A DNA stretch of 64,000 bases from Thermodesulfobacteriota bacterium. Its GTDB lineage: Bacteria; Desulfobacterota; QYQD01. The DNA is taken from positions 64,650 to 128,649 of the forward strand of contig JBFMAZ010000022.1 in NCBI GenBank assembly GCA_040755415.1, read 5' to 3'. Below, piece after piece: positions 1 to 9,315 of the stretch (its first letter is position 1; each line of letters opens with the position of its first letter). A program made the translations under genes and the position numbers. The notes under the pieces are model-generated. The model made no database searches. It saw only the letters and a list, made by a program, of their open reading frames with translations, and was not told where the DNA came from.

Positions 1-1
1 C

Positions 2-163
2 GGGTATCAGGCCTTCCTCTTCAAATATCTTATGACCGCCGGGGGTCTGCTCCTGCTCTGTGCCCTGAGCAGGTATCTGCGCATCAACTGGTTAATTACC
101 AGTATCGCTGTCTTATACAGCGTACTTACCCTCTATCATGTCTTCCTGCTTCGTTTTGCCTGA
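2..163 (+). CDS. C-terminal fragment of a membrane protein (gene starts upstream of the window)
   Basis: Open frame from the window edge to TGA at about 161-163. The translation ...AFLFKYLMTAGGLLLLCALSRYLRINWLITSIAVLYSVLTLYHVFLLRFA is strongly hydrophobic and helix-like. No start codon lies in the window. Confidence 0.35.
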   Translation, partial: GYQAFLFKYLMTAGGLLLLCALSRYLRINWLITSIAVLYSVLTLYHVFLLRFA

Positions 164-168
164 GAGCA

Positions 169-247
169 AGCTATCAGCTATGAGCCATGAGCTATGAGCT
201 ACCAGCTATGAACTATGAGCTATGAACTATGAGCTATGAACTATCCT
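169..247. repeat. Short tandem repeat of ctatgaactatgag-type 13-14 nt units in about 5 imperfect copies
   Basis: Direct reading gives agctatgagccatgagctatgagctaccagctatgaactatgagctatgaactatgagctatgaactat. It sits between two convergent gene ends. Confidence 0.8.
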
Positions 248-254
248 GCCTGTT

Positions 255-2936
255 TTATTTCTTCTCCTTAAGTTTTTTCAGTACGTCTTCTAGTTTCCTT
301 AGTTCTTCACCGTAGGCGGTCCAGTTTTCCTCTCTCAGATATCGCCGGGCGTTTTCAAAATGACGCCAGGCCGCCTCTCCCAGGTTGGCAACCGCTTCCC
401 CGGCCGGGGCAGAGACCGCCGGAGCCGTAGTGGAAATTCCTGTACCAAAGAGTCTGGCCAGAGATTGCTCCAGTGTCTCTTCCATCGCTATCGAGTTTTC
501 GTAGGCCACGATAATACGTTTTAATTCAGGAATCTGCCCGGTCTCGGCCTTGAGATAAAGGGGCTGCACATATATCAATGACTCTTCGACAGGGATAACG
601 AGAAGCGTACCCTGGATAACTTTCGAGCCCCGTTGATCCCATAGAGAAAGTTGCCGGGAAATCTCCGGTTCCTGGTTAATCCGCGACTCGATCTGCCGCG
701 GGCCATAAACAAGTTTTTGTTTCGGGAACCGGTAAACCACCAGCTTCCCGTAGTCCTTCGGGTCGCATTTGGCACACATCCAGGCGGCCAGATTATCTTT
801 CTTACTGGGATTAAACGGTGACATGAGGATGAACTCCTCTTTGTCTTCGCCGGGAAGCCGCATGATGGTATAATAAGGCTCCATCTGGGCGTTTTCGGCG
901 CGCAGGCTGCCCGGTATTTCCCACAGATCCTCTTTGTTGTAAAAGGCCTGCGGCTCTGTCATGTGATACGTGGCATATATGTTTGCCTGGATGCGGAACA
1001 GCCAGTGCGGATAACGGAGATGGTTTCGCAGGTCCCCATCCATGGCGGAAAGAGGCTTGAATACACCGGGGAATATCCTGGCATAGGTGCGGATTATCGG
1101 GTCTTCGGCATCCTTGATAAAAAATTCCACATTCCCATTGTAGGCATCAACCACGGCCACTACCGAGTTGCGTATATAATTATCCCCGCCTTTCACCCGT
1201 CTGGAGTAGGGATAAAGATCGGAGGTGGTATAACCATCTATAAGCCAGTAAAGCCTGCCGCCGGAAATTACCATATATGGGTCGCGATCTATCCGGAGGA
1301 AAGGGGCCAGCTTTTTTACCCGCGAATAGACATTGCGGTCAAACAGAATGCGGCTTCCGGGTGTTATATCCGTAGAAAGGAGTATCTTCAAAGAACCAAA
1401 CCGAAACGCCCATAAGGCCTTGTCCAATACTGAATTTATCGGGATTCCATCCCTGCCCTCGTAGCGGGCAAATACATTTTGTTCCCCGGAAGGATAATCA
1501 AATTCCTTAAGCCTGGTATTGACAAAGACATAGTCGTTATCAATCTCTCCGAAATAGATCTCAGGCCTGTCCACCTTGAGATTGGTCCTGGAAACCGGCG
1601 GGATATCCTGGATTATGAGCGCCGGCAGTCCCTCCCTAGTCACCTGGTTAACCACGCCCAGAGTCAATCCATAACCGTGAGTATAGATCTGGTGCTCGTT
1701 GATCCACACCCGGCTGGGCAGATCGTCATAGGAAAGCTCCCGCGGCGAAAGCATAACCTGGCGGTATTCGCCGTTTATATAGTAGCGGTCGTTATCCACA
1801 GACAGGAACTTGTAATAGGTCCGTATCTCCTGTATCTGGCCATACGTCTCCAGTAAAGGCTGGTGATCCCAGAGCCGTATGTTCTTGATGGTCAGGTCGT
1901 TTCTGGCCAGGCTGTCCGGCGTCAAGGATGCGGCGGCGGAAAGGTCGCGCTCCTCTACACCCGTAATGCCGTACCCGTCGCGCGTAGCCGCTATATCACG
2001 CATGAGGTATGGGGTTTCCTTGGCTATCTCGTTCGGCAGCACCACCAGGCGCTGGAGGGCCATGGGATAGATGTGGATACCCAGAAGGTAGATGCCGGCA
2101 AAGGCGGCCAGTGTGCCGTAGACGGCCTTAACATTGTAGCGAAAAAAATTATAAAGAAAAGCGCCGGCTGTGCCCAGGGAAATCGCAACCATTACATTCA
2201 AGGCCGGAAGAAGCCCGTTTTCATCTGCGTAACCGGCGCCGAAGACGACGCCGCGGCTTTTATAAAGCAAGTCATACCGCGCCAGGAAAAAATAACCGGC
2301 TATAATAACAAAAAACGGCGCGCCGAACAGGACCAGATATCTCTTGGCCGGCAGCCGGAAATCGACGCCTTGCGGCGACAGTACAATCTGCAGGCGGAGT
2401 GAGAAGATTACCAGGGCAGCTAAAAACATTACAAGCAAGAGTCTGAACAGCCATCCGAGCAAGTATTCTATAAACGGCAACTTAAAGATATAAAAACCGA
2501 TATCATGTCCAAAAAGCGGATCGCTCTTGCCGAATGGGACGCCGTACGAGAAATTGAGAAAAGCCTCCCACTGGGCCGCCCCATAAAAGGCCATTACTAC
2601 ACCTATCAGAACGGACGCACCTTTTAAGAGATAGGGAATCTTTTCTGAGAGGCGATCCATGGCCGAAAACTGCAGATACTCACCGGAGCCGAGGACCGCC
2701 GGTCCGCCCCAGCGGTGAGCGAAAATCCCGTTCAGATAAAACAACAACCCGGAAACCAGACCAAAGACCAGCCCCAGGATGGCCTGGATGTTGAAGATCC
2801 GGGTAAAGAGCAGAGAAAGATCGAGGGATTTAAACCACAGCCAGTCCGTATAAAGGACTGCCGCCGTCTGCCCAAAAATCAGGGCCAGGAATGCGACCAC
2901 TCCCCCTATAATAAGAAGACGCCTTGTTTTCTCCAC
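255..2936 (-). CDS. UPF0182 family large membrane protein
   Basis: An 893-aa ORF with an N-terminal cluster of transmembrane helices and the YTDWLWF(K) motif characteristic of UPF0182 proteins. Its length is typical of the family. It abuts the NifS gene, suggesting an operon. Confidence 0.7.
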   Translation of the reverse strand: MEKTRRLLIIGGVVAFLALIFGQTAAVLYTDWLWFKSLDLSLLFTRIFNIQAILGLVFGLVSGLLFYLNGIFAHRWGGPAVLGSGEYLQFSAMDRLSEKIPYLLKGASVLIGVVMAFYGAAQWEAFLNFSYGVPFGKSDPLFGHDIGFYIFKLPFIEYLLGWLFRLLLVMFLAALVIFSLRLQIVLSPQGVDFRLPAKRYLVLFGAPFFVIIAGYFFLARYDLLYKSRGVVFGAGYADENGLLPALNVMVAISLGTAGAFLYNFFRYNVKAVYGTLAAFAGIYLLGIHIYPMALQRLVVLPNEIAKETPYLMRDIAATRDGYGITGVEERDLSAAASLTPDSLARNDLTIKNIRLWDHQPLLETYGQIQEIRTYYKFLSVDNDRYYINGEYRQVMLSPRELSYDDLPSRVWINEHQIYTHGYGLTLGVVNQVTREGLPALIIQDIPPVSRTNLKVDRPEIYFGEIDNDYVFVNTRLKEFDYPSGEQNVFARYEGRDGIPINSVLDKALWAFRFGSLKILLSTDITPGSRILFDRNVYSRVKKLAPFLRIDRDPYMVISGGRLYWLIDGYTTSDLYPYSRRVKGGDNYIRNSVVAVVDAYNGNVEFFIKDAEDPIIRTYARIFPGVFKPLSAMDGDLRNHLRYPHWLFRIQANIYATYHMTEPQAFYNKEDLWEIPGSLRAENAQMEPYYTIMRLPGEDKEEFILMSPFNPSKKDNLAAWMCAKCDPKDYGKLVVYRFPKQKLVYGPRQIESRINQEPEISRQLSLWDQRGSKVIQGTLLVIPVEESLIYVQPLYLKAETGQIPELKRIIVAYENSIAMEETLEQSLARLFGTGISTTAPAVSAPAGEAVANLGEAAWRHFENARRYLREENWTAYGEELRKLEDVLKKLKEKK

Positions 2937-4073
2937 CTAGTAACTCCTTTTCTTTACTTTTTTGACCGCGGCCACGATCCAGGAGGCAGCCTGGTGAATC
3001 TCCTCTTCGGTTGTATAACGTCCCACGCTCAGGCGTATAGCCCCCATCCCGACTTCCCTGGACACCCCCATGGCGGCCAGGACATGCGACAGGGTGACCG
3101 AACGATCATGACAGGCCGCGCCGGTAGAGGCGCATAGCCCGGGGATGCCGTCCAGTATTTTCCCGCCGGACAGGCCGGGAAAGGCGATATTCAGAGTATT
3201 GGGCAGCCTTTTATCCTTATGACTGTTGAGCACTGCGTCTGGAATCTCTGTGGCAATACTTTCAAAGAGTTGATCCCGCAGACCCCTTTGCCGGTCTGCC
3301 TCATCATGCAACCGCCGGGCGGCAACCATGCAGGCTGCACCCAGGGCTACCGCCAGGATAACGTTTTCCGTGCCGGCACGGCGGCCGCCTTCCTGGCCCG
3401 CGCCATGCAGGAGCGGCTCCAGCGTGCTTCCCTCGCGTATATAGAGGACGCCGATCCCTTTAGGCGCATAGACCTTGTGGCCGGCCACGGTCAGGAAATC
3501 TACGCCCATATCTTCAACGTAAGTCTCGACCTTTCCTAAGGACTGTGCGGCATCACTATGGAAGTAAACACCATGCTCCCGCGCCACCGCCCCTATTTCG
3601 GCCACGGGCTGGATAGTCCCGGTCTCATTGTTGGCGTGCATGATACTGACCAGGACGGTGTCCTTGCGCAGCGCCCGGCGGACATCATCCGGGTCAACGA
3701 TGCCATGACTATCTACGGGAAGAAAAGTGACTTCCCAGCCATTCTCCATCAAAAAAATGGCCGGCTGCAGGATGGAAGGGTGTTCAATCCCCGAGGTGAT
3801 GATATGCTTCCCCTTTTTGCGCAGGGCGTGAGCTACGCCTTTCAATACGGCGTTATTGGATTCCGTGCCCCCACTGGTAAAAACCACTTCCCGGGTGCTG
3901 CACTTAAGGAGCGCCGCGACCTGACCCCTGGCCATTTCCACCGCCGCCCGCGCCTCCTGACCTATTTGATGCGAACTGCCGGGATTGCCCCATTTCTCTT
4001 CTATAAAGGGCAGCATGGCCGCCGCCGCTTCGCGGTCAACCGGGGTAGTGGCATTATAGTCAAGGTAGATCAA
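2937..4073 (-). CDS. nifS: Cysteine desulfurase, NifS/IscS family (PLP-dependent class V aminotransferase)
   Basis: 378 aa. The N-terminus is MIYLDYNATTP. A PLP-lysine region HK is present (TVAGHKVYAPKG). The conserved Cys loop GAACHDRS is present (SxHK, active-site Cys). It lacks the IscS-specific C-terminal tail, which is NifS-like. Confidence 0.9.
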   Translation of the reverse strand: MIYLDYNATTPVDREAAAAMLPFIEEKWGNPGSSHQIGQEARAAVEMARGQVAALLKCSTREVVFTSGGTESNNAVLKGVAHALRKKGKHIITSGIEHPSILQPAIFLMENGWEVTFLPVDSHGIVDPDDVRRALRKDTVLVSIMHANNETGTIQPVAEIGAVAREHGVYFHSDAAQSLGKVETYVEDMGVDFLTVAGHKVYAPKGIGVLYIREGSTLEPLLHGAGQEGGRRAGTENVILAVALGAACMVAARRLHDEADRQRGLRDQLFESIATEIPDAVLNSHKDKRLPNTLNIAFPGLSGGKILDGIPGLCASTGAACHDRSVTLSHVLAAMGVSREVGMGAIRLSVGRYTTEEEIHQAASWIVAAVKKVKKRSY

Positions 4074-4147
4074 TACAATTTCCTGCCTGTACCGGAAATG
4101 CGGAAAACTCTATCACGCCTCCCATACTATTGACTGTAACACCTAGA

Positions 4148-4648
4148 GTCAAGGATAAACGACATCCTTGAATCCACCGCCTATCTTCGTACGAGTTAGC
4201 TCTTGACCGTAAACACACTATGGTTGCTGTGCAGCGTGATTTCAAATCCGAAATCCGAAGCGCGAATCTCGAAACAATATCAAATAATCAAAATCCGTAA
4301 CACTTTAGCTGCTTGAAAAAAGCTGGTCGTCCAGAAAGCGGCGCCTCAAAAATCCCCCTTAATCCCCCTTTTTCAAAGGGGGAAACGTCTCTCCTCCCTT
4401 TGGAAAAGGGAGGTTGGGAGGGATTTTAAAATACTTTTTCAAACAGCTAAATTGATACCAAAATCCGAATTATCAAAATGAATTGTTCGTGCTGCGGTTT
4501 TGAACATTGAGACATTAGGAATTTGAATTTGTTTCGGATTTCGATGTTCGATATTCGGATTTGAACCCGGCTGCCTGGTAATCGGAGCTCACCGATTACT
4601 CTCTATCAACATTTCGATGGTGTATCAAGGACATCCTTGATACATCCC
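4148..4648. repeat. Composite modular intergenic repeat, copy 1, full form
   Basis: The outer flank is caaggataaacgacatccttgaatccaccgcctat...tcaaggacatccttgatac. About 45-bp inverted arms are built on aaatccgaa/tcggattt motifs (4225-4290 against 4510-4570). A core aacactttagctgcttgaaaaaagctggtcgtccagaaagcggcgcc is followed by a G5/C5 hairpin block. It recurs at 7070-7410, 26530-26835 (inverted, without the hairpin block), 32775-33060 and 57890-58115. Confidence 0.85.
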
Positions 4649-4819
4649 TGAAACGGGGCATTTTGCGTTACCCTGCGGAGTATTTACCCAAAAATAATCT
4701 CTTGGGAAAACAGACAGAAAATAAATATATAACATAATCAAGTAGTTATATATAAGTACACGGTTTGGCATAAAAATAGCAATTTATAAAAACGGAGTAT
4801 AAGAGAAGGCAGCCAACAA

Positions 4820-5554
4820 GTGACATCCAGTTTTGAACCCCGCATACTGACCTTTATATGTACTGGCCATCCTTTGAACTTAACGGAACCCTTAAGGGGT
4901 CAGGCACCGGTTGATATCCGCATGGTCAAGGTGACTTGTTCATACCGGATTGAGCCGGAAATAATGCTGGAGCCGTTCCTGGCCAATTTTGACGGCGTCC
5001 TGATATTGGAATGCCCTCCGGGTTACTGCCGCAGCCGGATAGAGACTGACTCCGGCGCTGAAAGATTCCACGAGATAACCGCCGTACTTGCTGCGGCACA
5101 CATACAAACAGACAGATTATGCCTTGACAGGATCCCGGCTATAAAAGGCAGAGGACTGCATGACATAGCCGGAAAATTTACAGAGAAGATAATATCCCTG
5201 GGTCCATTACATCTGAACAAAGTGGCCCGCGAAAAACTCAGGACGTTACAAAACAATCTTGAGACCAAAAGAATCCGGGGCCTTGTTGCCACCGGGCTGA
5301 GTCAGGTGAACACCAGGAAAACCGGAAAGAAGAGACTATATCCATCCTCAGAGGCCGCTCGCCGGGACGAATATATCAAAAATTGGCTCTCCGTACTCAT
5401 TGAAGAAAACCCCGTAACCCTCACGCATCTCAGTGAAGTAATGGATATCGAGGTAGGTCATGTATCCAAGTACCTACTGGCTATGGAAAAGGAACAGCGT
5501 ATTAAGATTCCAGCCGTGCTGAAAAAAGAAATCTCAATTTTGATGGACTTGTAA
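4820..5554 (+). CDS. MvhD-like (methyl-viologen-reducing hydrogenase delta subunit fold) domain fused to a C-terminal winged-helix-like domain; putative redox-responsive regulator
   Basis: 244 aa with a GTG start. The N-terminal 130 aa align over their full length with MvhD/FlpD proteins. RILTFICTG matches IVAFACNWC. VDIRMVKVTCSYRIEPEIMLEPFLANFDGVLILECPPGYCRS matches VRVIRVMCSGRVDPEF..GADGVLICGCHPGDCHY. Four Cys are retained but the WC and CGC pattern is degenerate. The C-terminal 100 aa end in LSVLIEENPVTLTHLSEVMDIEVGHVSKYLLAMEKEQRIKI, which is wHTH-like. Confidence 0.6.
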   Translation: MTSSFEPRILTFICTGHPLNLTEPLRGQAPVDIRMVKVTCSYRIEPEIMLEPFLANFDGVLILECPPGYCRSRIETDSGAERFHEITAVLAAAHIQTDRLCLDRIPAIKGRGLHDIAGKFTEKIISLGPLHLNKVAREKLRTLQNNLETKRIRGLVATGLSQVNTRKTGKKRLYPSSEAARRDEYIKNWLSVLIEENPVTLTHLSEVMDIEVGHVSKYLLAMEKEQRIKIPAVLKKEISILMDL

Positions 5555-5670
5555 AAAGTAAAATTTCACCGCAGAGCTCGCTGAGAACGCTGAGATAACA
5601 TGCTGAATATTTTAAGATTTTTCTCTGCGCCCTTTGCGTGCTCAGCGGTAAAAAGGTTTTCACGAATTCA

Positions 5671-6978
5671 TCAATACATGAGATGGCAGACAGCCAGGGC
5701 AGCGCCGATGCCGGCAACGTCGGCCATGAGGGCGGCCGCCAGCGTGTGGCGTATCTGGGTAATCCCTATGGCGCCGAAATAAATAGCCAGCACATAGAAG
5801 GTGGTCTCCGTAGATCCCTGCATGGTTGAGACCAGAAAAGATGAAAAACCATTCGGGTCACGGCTGACCACCTCGCTGACCAAACCAAAAGCGCCGGTCC
5901 CGGAAAGCGGACGCATGAGAGCCACCGGCAGGGCATCGACCGGCATACCGATCAGAGAGGTGAACGGCCCCAGCATCCTGACCAATATATCAAATGCCCC
6001 GGAGGCCCGAAACATGCCGATGGCCACCAGGATCATGACCAGAAACGGGATAATGCGAATGGCTACCTGAAATCCCTCCTTGGCCCCCTCCGTGGCCGCC
6101 TCGTAAACCCTGACCCCGCGCATATAGCCAAAGAGTAAAAGTCCGCACATAATAAGAGGCACCAGCCAATAGGTAATGACCTCTTTACCCAGGGCCAGGG
6201 CCTCGCCATCCCTGGTGAGCCGATAGATGAAGGCGCTGACTATAGCCGCCATGATGGAAACGGCCACCACCTTGCCCAAACGACCGGGCGGTGAGAGTTC
6301 CGTTTTTTCAGACGTATCTCCTTCTTCCTGAACAGTTGGGGCCTCTCCTGGATTAACAGCAAAAACCGCCGGATATCCTTCTGGTTCGCTGCGCCGGGCC
6401 AGGATCTTGGCCGCCGAAATAGCTACTGTGGTTGAACAAATAGTAGCAATAAGGGTGGGGATAATAATAGAGGCCGGATTGGCCGCCCCGGCTGCCGCCC
6501 GCACACCGATTATTCCAAGGGGCAGGATGGTAACGCTGGAGGTATTTATGGCCAGGAAAAGGGCCATGGCATTTGTTGCCCGCCCCTTATGCGGGTTGAG
6601 CTTGTCAAGTTCCATCATGGCCTTTATGCCCATCGGCGTGGCGGCATTGCCCAACCCCAGGACATTGGCCGATATATTCATTATCATGGCCGACATGGCA
6701 GAGTGACCGGGAGGCACCTCCGGGAACAGCCGCACCATTACCGGCCGCACTGCCCTGGCCACCATAGAAAGCAGCCCCCCGGCCTCGGCCACCTTCATTA
6801 ATCCCAGCCAGAGGGCCATGATGCCTACCAGGCCAATGGCCAATTCCACCGCGCCCTTCGCCGCCTCAAAAGAGGCATCCAGGGTCTCCTTCATCCTTCC
6901 GCTATAGCCCGCCGCCACCACGGACAGAAGGATCAGAAAAAGCCAGATGATATTAATCGCCGCCGGTTTTTTATTCAT
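5671..6978 (-). CDS. Nucleoside-recognition (Gate) domain membrane protein, fused SpmA/SpmB type
   Basis: 435 aa and polytopic. It has two Gate-domain halves (GLMKVAEAGGLL ... LGLGNAATPMGIKAM), as in spore-maturation proteins A/B and YjiH-like proteins. Confidence 0.7.
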   Translation of the reverse strand: MNKKPAAINIIWLFLILLSVVAAGYSGRMKETLDASFEAAKGAVELAIGLVGIMALWLGLMKVAEAGGLLSMVARAVRPVMVRLFPEVPPGHSAMSAMIMNISANVLGLGNAATPMGIKAMMELDKLNPHKGRATNAMALFLAINTSSVTILPLGIIGVRAAAGAANPASIIIPTLIATICSTTVAISAAKILARRSEPEGYPAVFAVNPGEAPTVQEEGDTSEKTELSPPGRLGKVVAVSIMAAIVSAFIYRLTRDGEALALGKEVITYWLVPLIMCGLLLFGYMRGVRVYEAATEGAKEGFQVAIRIIPFLVMILVAIGMFRASGAFDILVRMLGPFTSLIGMPVDALPVALMRPLSGTGAFGLVSEVVSRDPNGFSSFLVSTMQGSTETTFYVLAIYFGAIGITQIRHTLAAALMADVAGIGAALAVCHLMY

Positions 6979-7069
6979 GGCCGGTTCTTAAGGTTCCTGA
7001 CGGTAATGGATAAGACATAACCGGGGGCAAGAGTTTCATATTCCGGACGGTTTGTCAATGATAAGCGTT

Positions 7070-7410
7070 AGCCCTGATCCACCATCAAGACATCATCTGC
7101 GGCGTTGCCTTCGATCGCTCCTCCTTGCGGCGTATTGCTCCATACGCCTCAGTCGTCGCTCCTCGGCGCCTTGCATCTAATATCCTGCTGGTGATCAGGG
7201 ATACCCCATAACCTGCTGATTTTAATTTTGATAGCCAAAATAGGCGGTGGATTTGGGTTAGGACGTGGATAGGAGATTATGCAATAAATAATTAGGTTAC
7301 ATCCGAAAATCCCCCTGTATCCCCCTTTTCCAAAGGGGGATTTCAATATTTCCCCCCTTTAGCAAAGGGGGGGTGTGGGGGGATTTGGTAGTTTTCGGAT
7401 GAAAACTAAT
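7070..7410. repeat. Composite modular intergenic repeat, copy 2 (flank plus G/C hairpin block)
   Basis: Shares tgatccaccatcaaga and aaataggcggtggatttggg with copies at 4178 and 26815. G/C hairpins are atcccccttttccaaagggggat and ttcccccctttagcaaaggggggg. Confidence 0.75.
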
Positions 7411-7494
7411 TTTAAAGTGGGATGAATTCAAAAATAGCCCTTGACTCGCTAATGTTATAAATGCTATAGCATAATCGCCATCACGGAGGTTGTT

Positions 7495-9315
7495 ATGCTC
7501 GACAGCAAAGATATAAGTAAGGTCGTCAAAGAGCTCAGAAATAGATTGAATCTTAGTCAGGAAGAATTAGCGGCAAAACTGAACGTTTCTTTTGCCACGG
7601 TAAACCGCTGGGAAAATGAGAAGATATCGCCCCGCGGAAAAGCCAGGGAAGCTATTTTAAAGTTAATAGAAGAGTCGGGCTTCGACCTGGAGGGCGCAGG
7701 GGATATTGGCATCAATCATAAGAATCGACGCCGGAAACTGTCCAAGGAGGATGTCTTGAGTACGAAGTCCATGGAACAGATGCTCTGGAGCGCCGCCTGT
7801 TCCATCCGCGGTGAAAAAGACGCGCCGAAGTTCAAAGACTATATTCTCCCACTTGTTTTTATCAAACGCCTTTCTGATGTCTTTGAGGACGAAGTCGAAC
7901 GGCTGGCCGAAACTTACGGCGACAGGGAAACAGCATTGACCATCATCGAAGCCGATCATCAACTGGTCCGGTTTTATATTCCCATGGAGGCACGCTGGCC
8001 TGTGGTCAGCGGTCGTGAAAAATTCAACTGGCCTGAAGACCGCAAACTAAAAACGCTGGGCGAACAGCTCACGATGACCGTCCGCGCCATCGCAAAGGCC
8101 AATCCATCTTTGACAGGTGTCATCGACATTGTGGATTACAACGAGACCCGAAGCGGGGAGAGGGAAATCAGCGATAAGGCGCTTTCCGGTGTAATCGAAA
8201 CCCTTTCCGATCCCCGCTACCGTTTAGGTCTTTACGATGTGGAGCCGGATTTTCTCGGCCGCGCCTATGAATATCTTTTGCGCAAATTTGCCGAAGGCCA
8301 GGGACAGAGCGCTGGTGAATTCTTCACGCCTACGGAGGTGGGATGGCTGATGGCCTATATACTGCGCCCGCGCCAGGGAGAAGAGGTTTACGATTTTGCC
8401 TGCGGCTCCGCGGGCCTCTTAATCAAATGCGAACTCGCTTTGCAGGAACGTGAGATCAAGGTGCAGAGGCCGCTGAAACTCTATGGGCAGGAGCTGACTG
8501 GCTCCAGCTATGCCATTGCCCGGATGAACATGGTCGTTCATGACATGGAAGGTGAAATCGTTCGTGGCAATTCCATGACCAATCCTAAATTCAAAGACTC
8601 TGATTCCAGCCTGAAGAAATTCGACATCGTCGTTTCCAATCCTATGTGGAACCAGCCCTTTGATCCGGCCATTTATGAAAATGATCCCTTCGAACGTTTT
8701 GAAGCCCAGGGCGGCGTCACCACCGGCAAGGCGGACTGGGCCTGGTTGCAGCATACGGTCGCATCGCTGAATACCCATGGCCGCGCCGCCATCGTCCTCG
8801 ATACGGGAGCCGTCACACGCGGCAGCGGAAGCAAGAGCGAGGACCGGGAGAAGAAAATCCGCCAGTGGTTTGTCGAGCGCGACTGGATTGAAGGCGTGAT
8901 CCTCCTTCCCGATAACCTTTTCTATAACACCACCGCCGCCGGAATCATCATCGTCTTCAACAAGGCAAAACCGAAGGCGCGGCAGGGGAAGATCATCCTG
9001 GTCAACGCCGGACGGGAATTCAAGAAAGGCAGACCGAAAAATTATATCCCCGATGAGAATGTCCGTAAGATTGCAGATGCCTTCATCAAAGGGGAAGATG
9101 TCGAGAAGTTCATCAAAGTCATTACAACGGCGCAGGCGGCAGAAAACGATTTCAACCTGTCGCCCTCAAGATACGTGGATGTGAATGAAGGAGAAACCCA
9201 CCGTCCGATTCCGGAAATCCTTGGAGAGTTGAATATGTTGGAAAAGCAGTCTGAGGTGGTGAACTCCAATCTGCATGCAATCTTTAGAAGCATGAAACTT
9301 GACACAGGTAATTGA
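7495..9315 (+). CDS. hsdM: Type I restriction-modification N6-adenine DNA methyltransferase subunit with an N-terminal XRE-family HTH
   Basis: 606 aa. Residues 1-65 carry an XRE-type HTH (LNLSQEELAAKLNVSFATVNRWENEK). The HsdM N-terminal domain follows. The AdoMet motif I is DFACGSAGLL. The catalytic motif VVSNPMWNQ is NPPW-like. Confidence 0.9.
   Translation: MLDSKDISKVVKELRNRLNLSQEELAAKLNVSFATVNRWENEKISPRGKAREAILKLIEESGFDLEGAGDIGINHKNRRRKLSKEDVLSTKSMEQMLWSAACSIRGEKDAPKFKDYILPLVFIKRLSDVFEDEVERLAETYGDRETALTIIEADHQLVRFYIPMEARWPVVSGREKFNWPEDRKLKTLGEQLTMTVRAIAKANPSLTGVIDIVDYNETRSGEREISDKALSGVIETLSDPRYRLGLYDVEPDFLGRAYEYLLRKFAEGQGQSAGEFFTPTEVGWLMAYILRPRQGEEVYDFACGSAGLLIKCELALQEREIKVQRPLKLYGQELTGSSYAIARMNMVVHDMEGEIVRGNSMTNPKFKDSDSSLKKFDIVVSNPMWNQPFDPAIYENDPFERFEAQGGVTTGKADWAWLQHTVASLNTHGRAAIVLDTGAVTRGSGSKSEDREKKIRQWFVERDWIEGVILLPDNLFYNTTAAGIIIVFNKAKPKARQGKIILVNAGREFKKGRPKNYIPDENVRKIADAFIKGEDVEKFIKVITTAQAAENDFNLSPSRYVDVNEGETHRPIPEILGELNMLEKQSEVVNSNLHAIFRSMKLDTGN

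Noticed and set aside
4300-4450. Possible CRISPR array, because of the closely spaced G/C-rich palindromic repeats (cccccttttcaaaggggg).
   Set aside because: Repeat units are only about 20-35 bp hairpins in 2-3 copies per site. They are not separated by unique spacers of constant length, and no cas genes are present. They are modules of the dispersed composite repeat.
4563-4600. tRNA gene or tRNA fragment (gggttcaaatcc resembles a T-arm).
   Set aside because: The flanking sequence cannot form the T-stem and acceptor stem, and there is no D-arm or anticodon arm. It is present in two repeat copies (4563 and 26590) as part of the repeat's outer segment. It is probably a tRNA-derived relic, not a gene.
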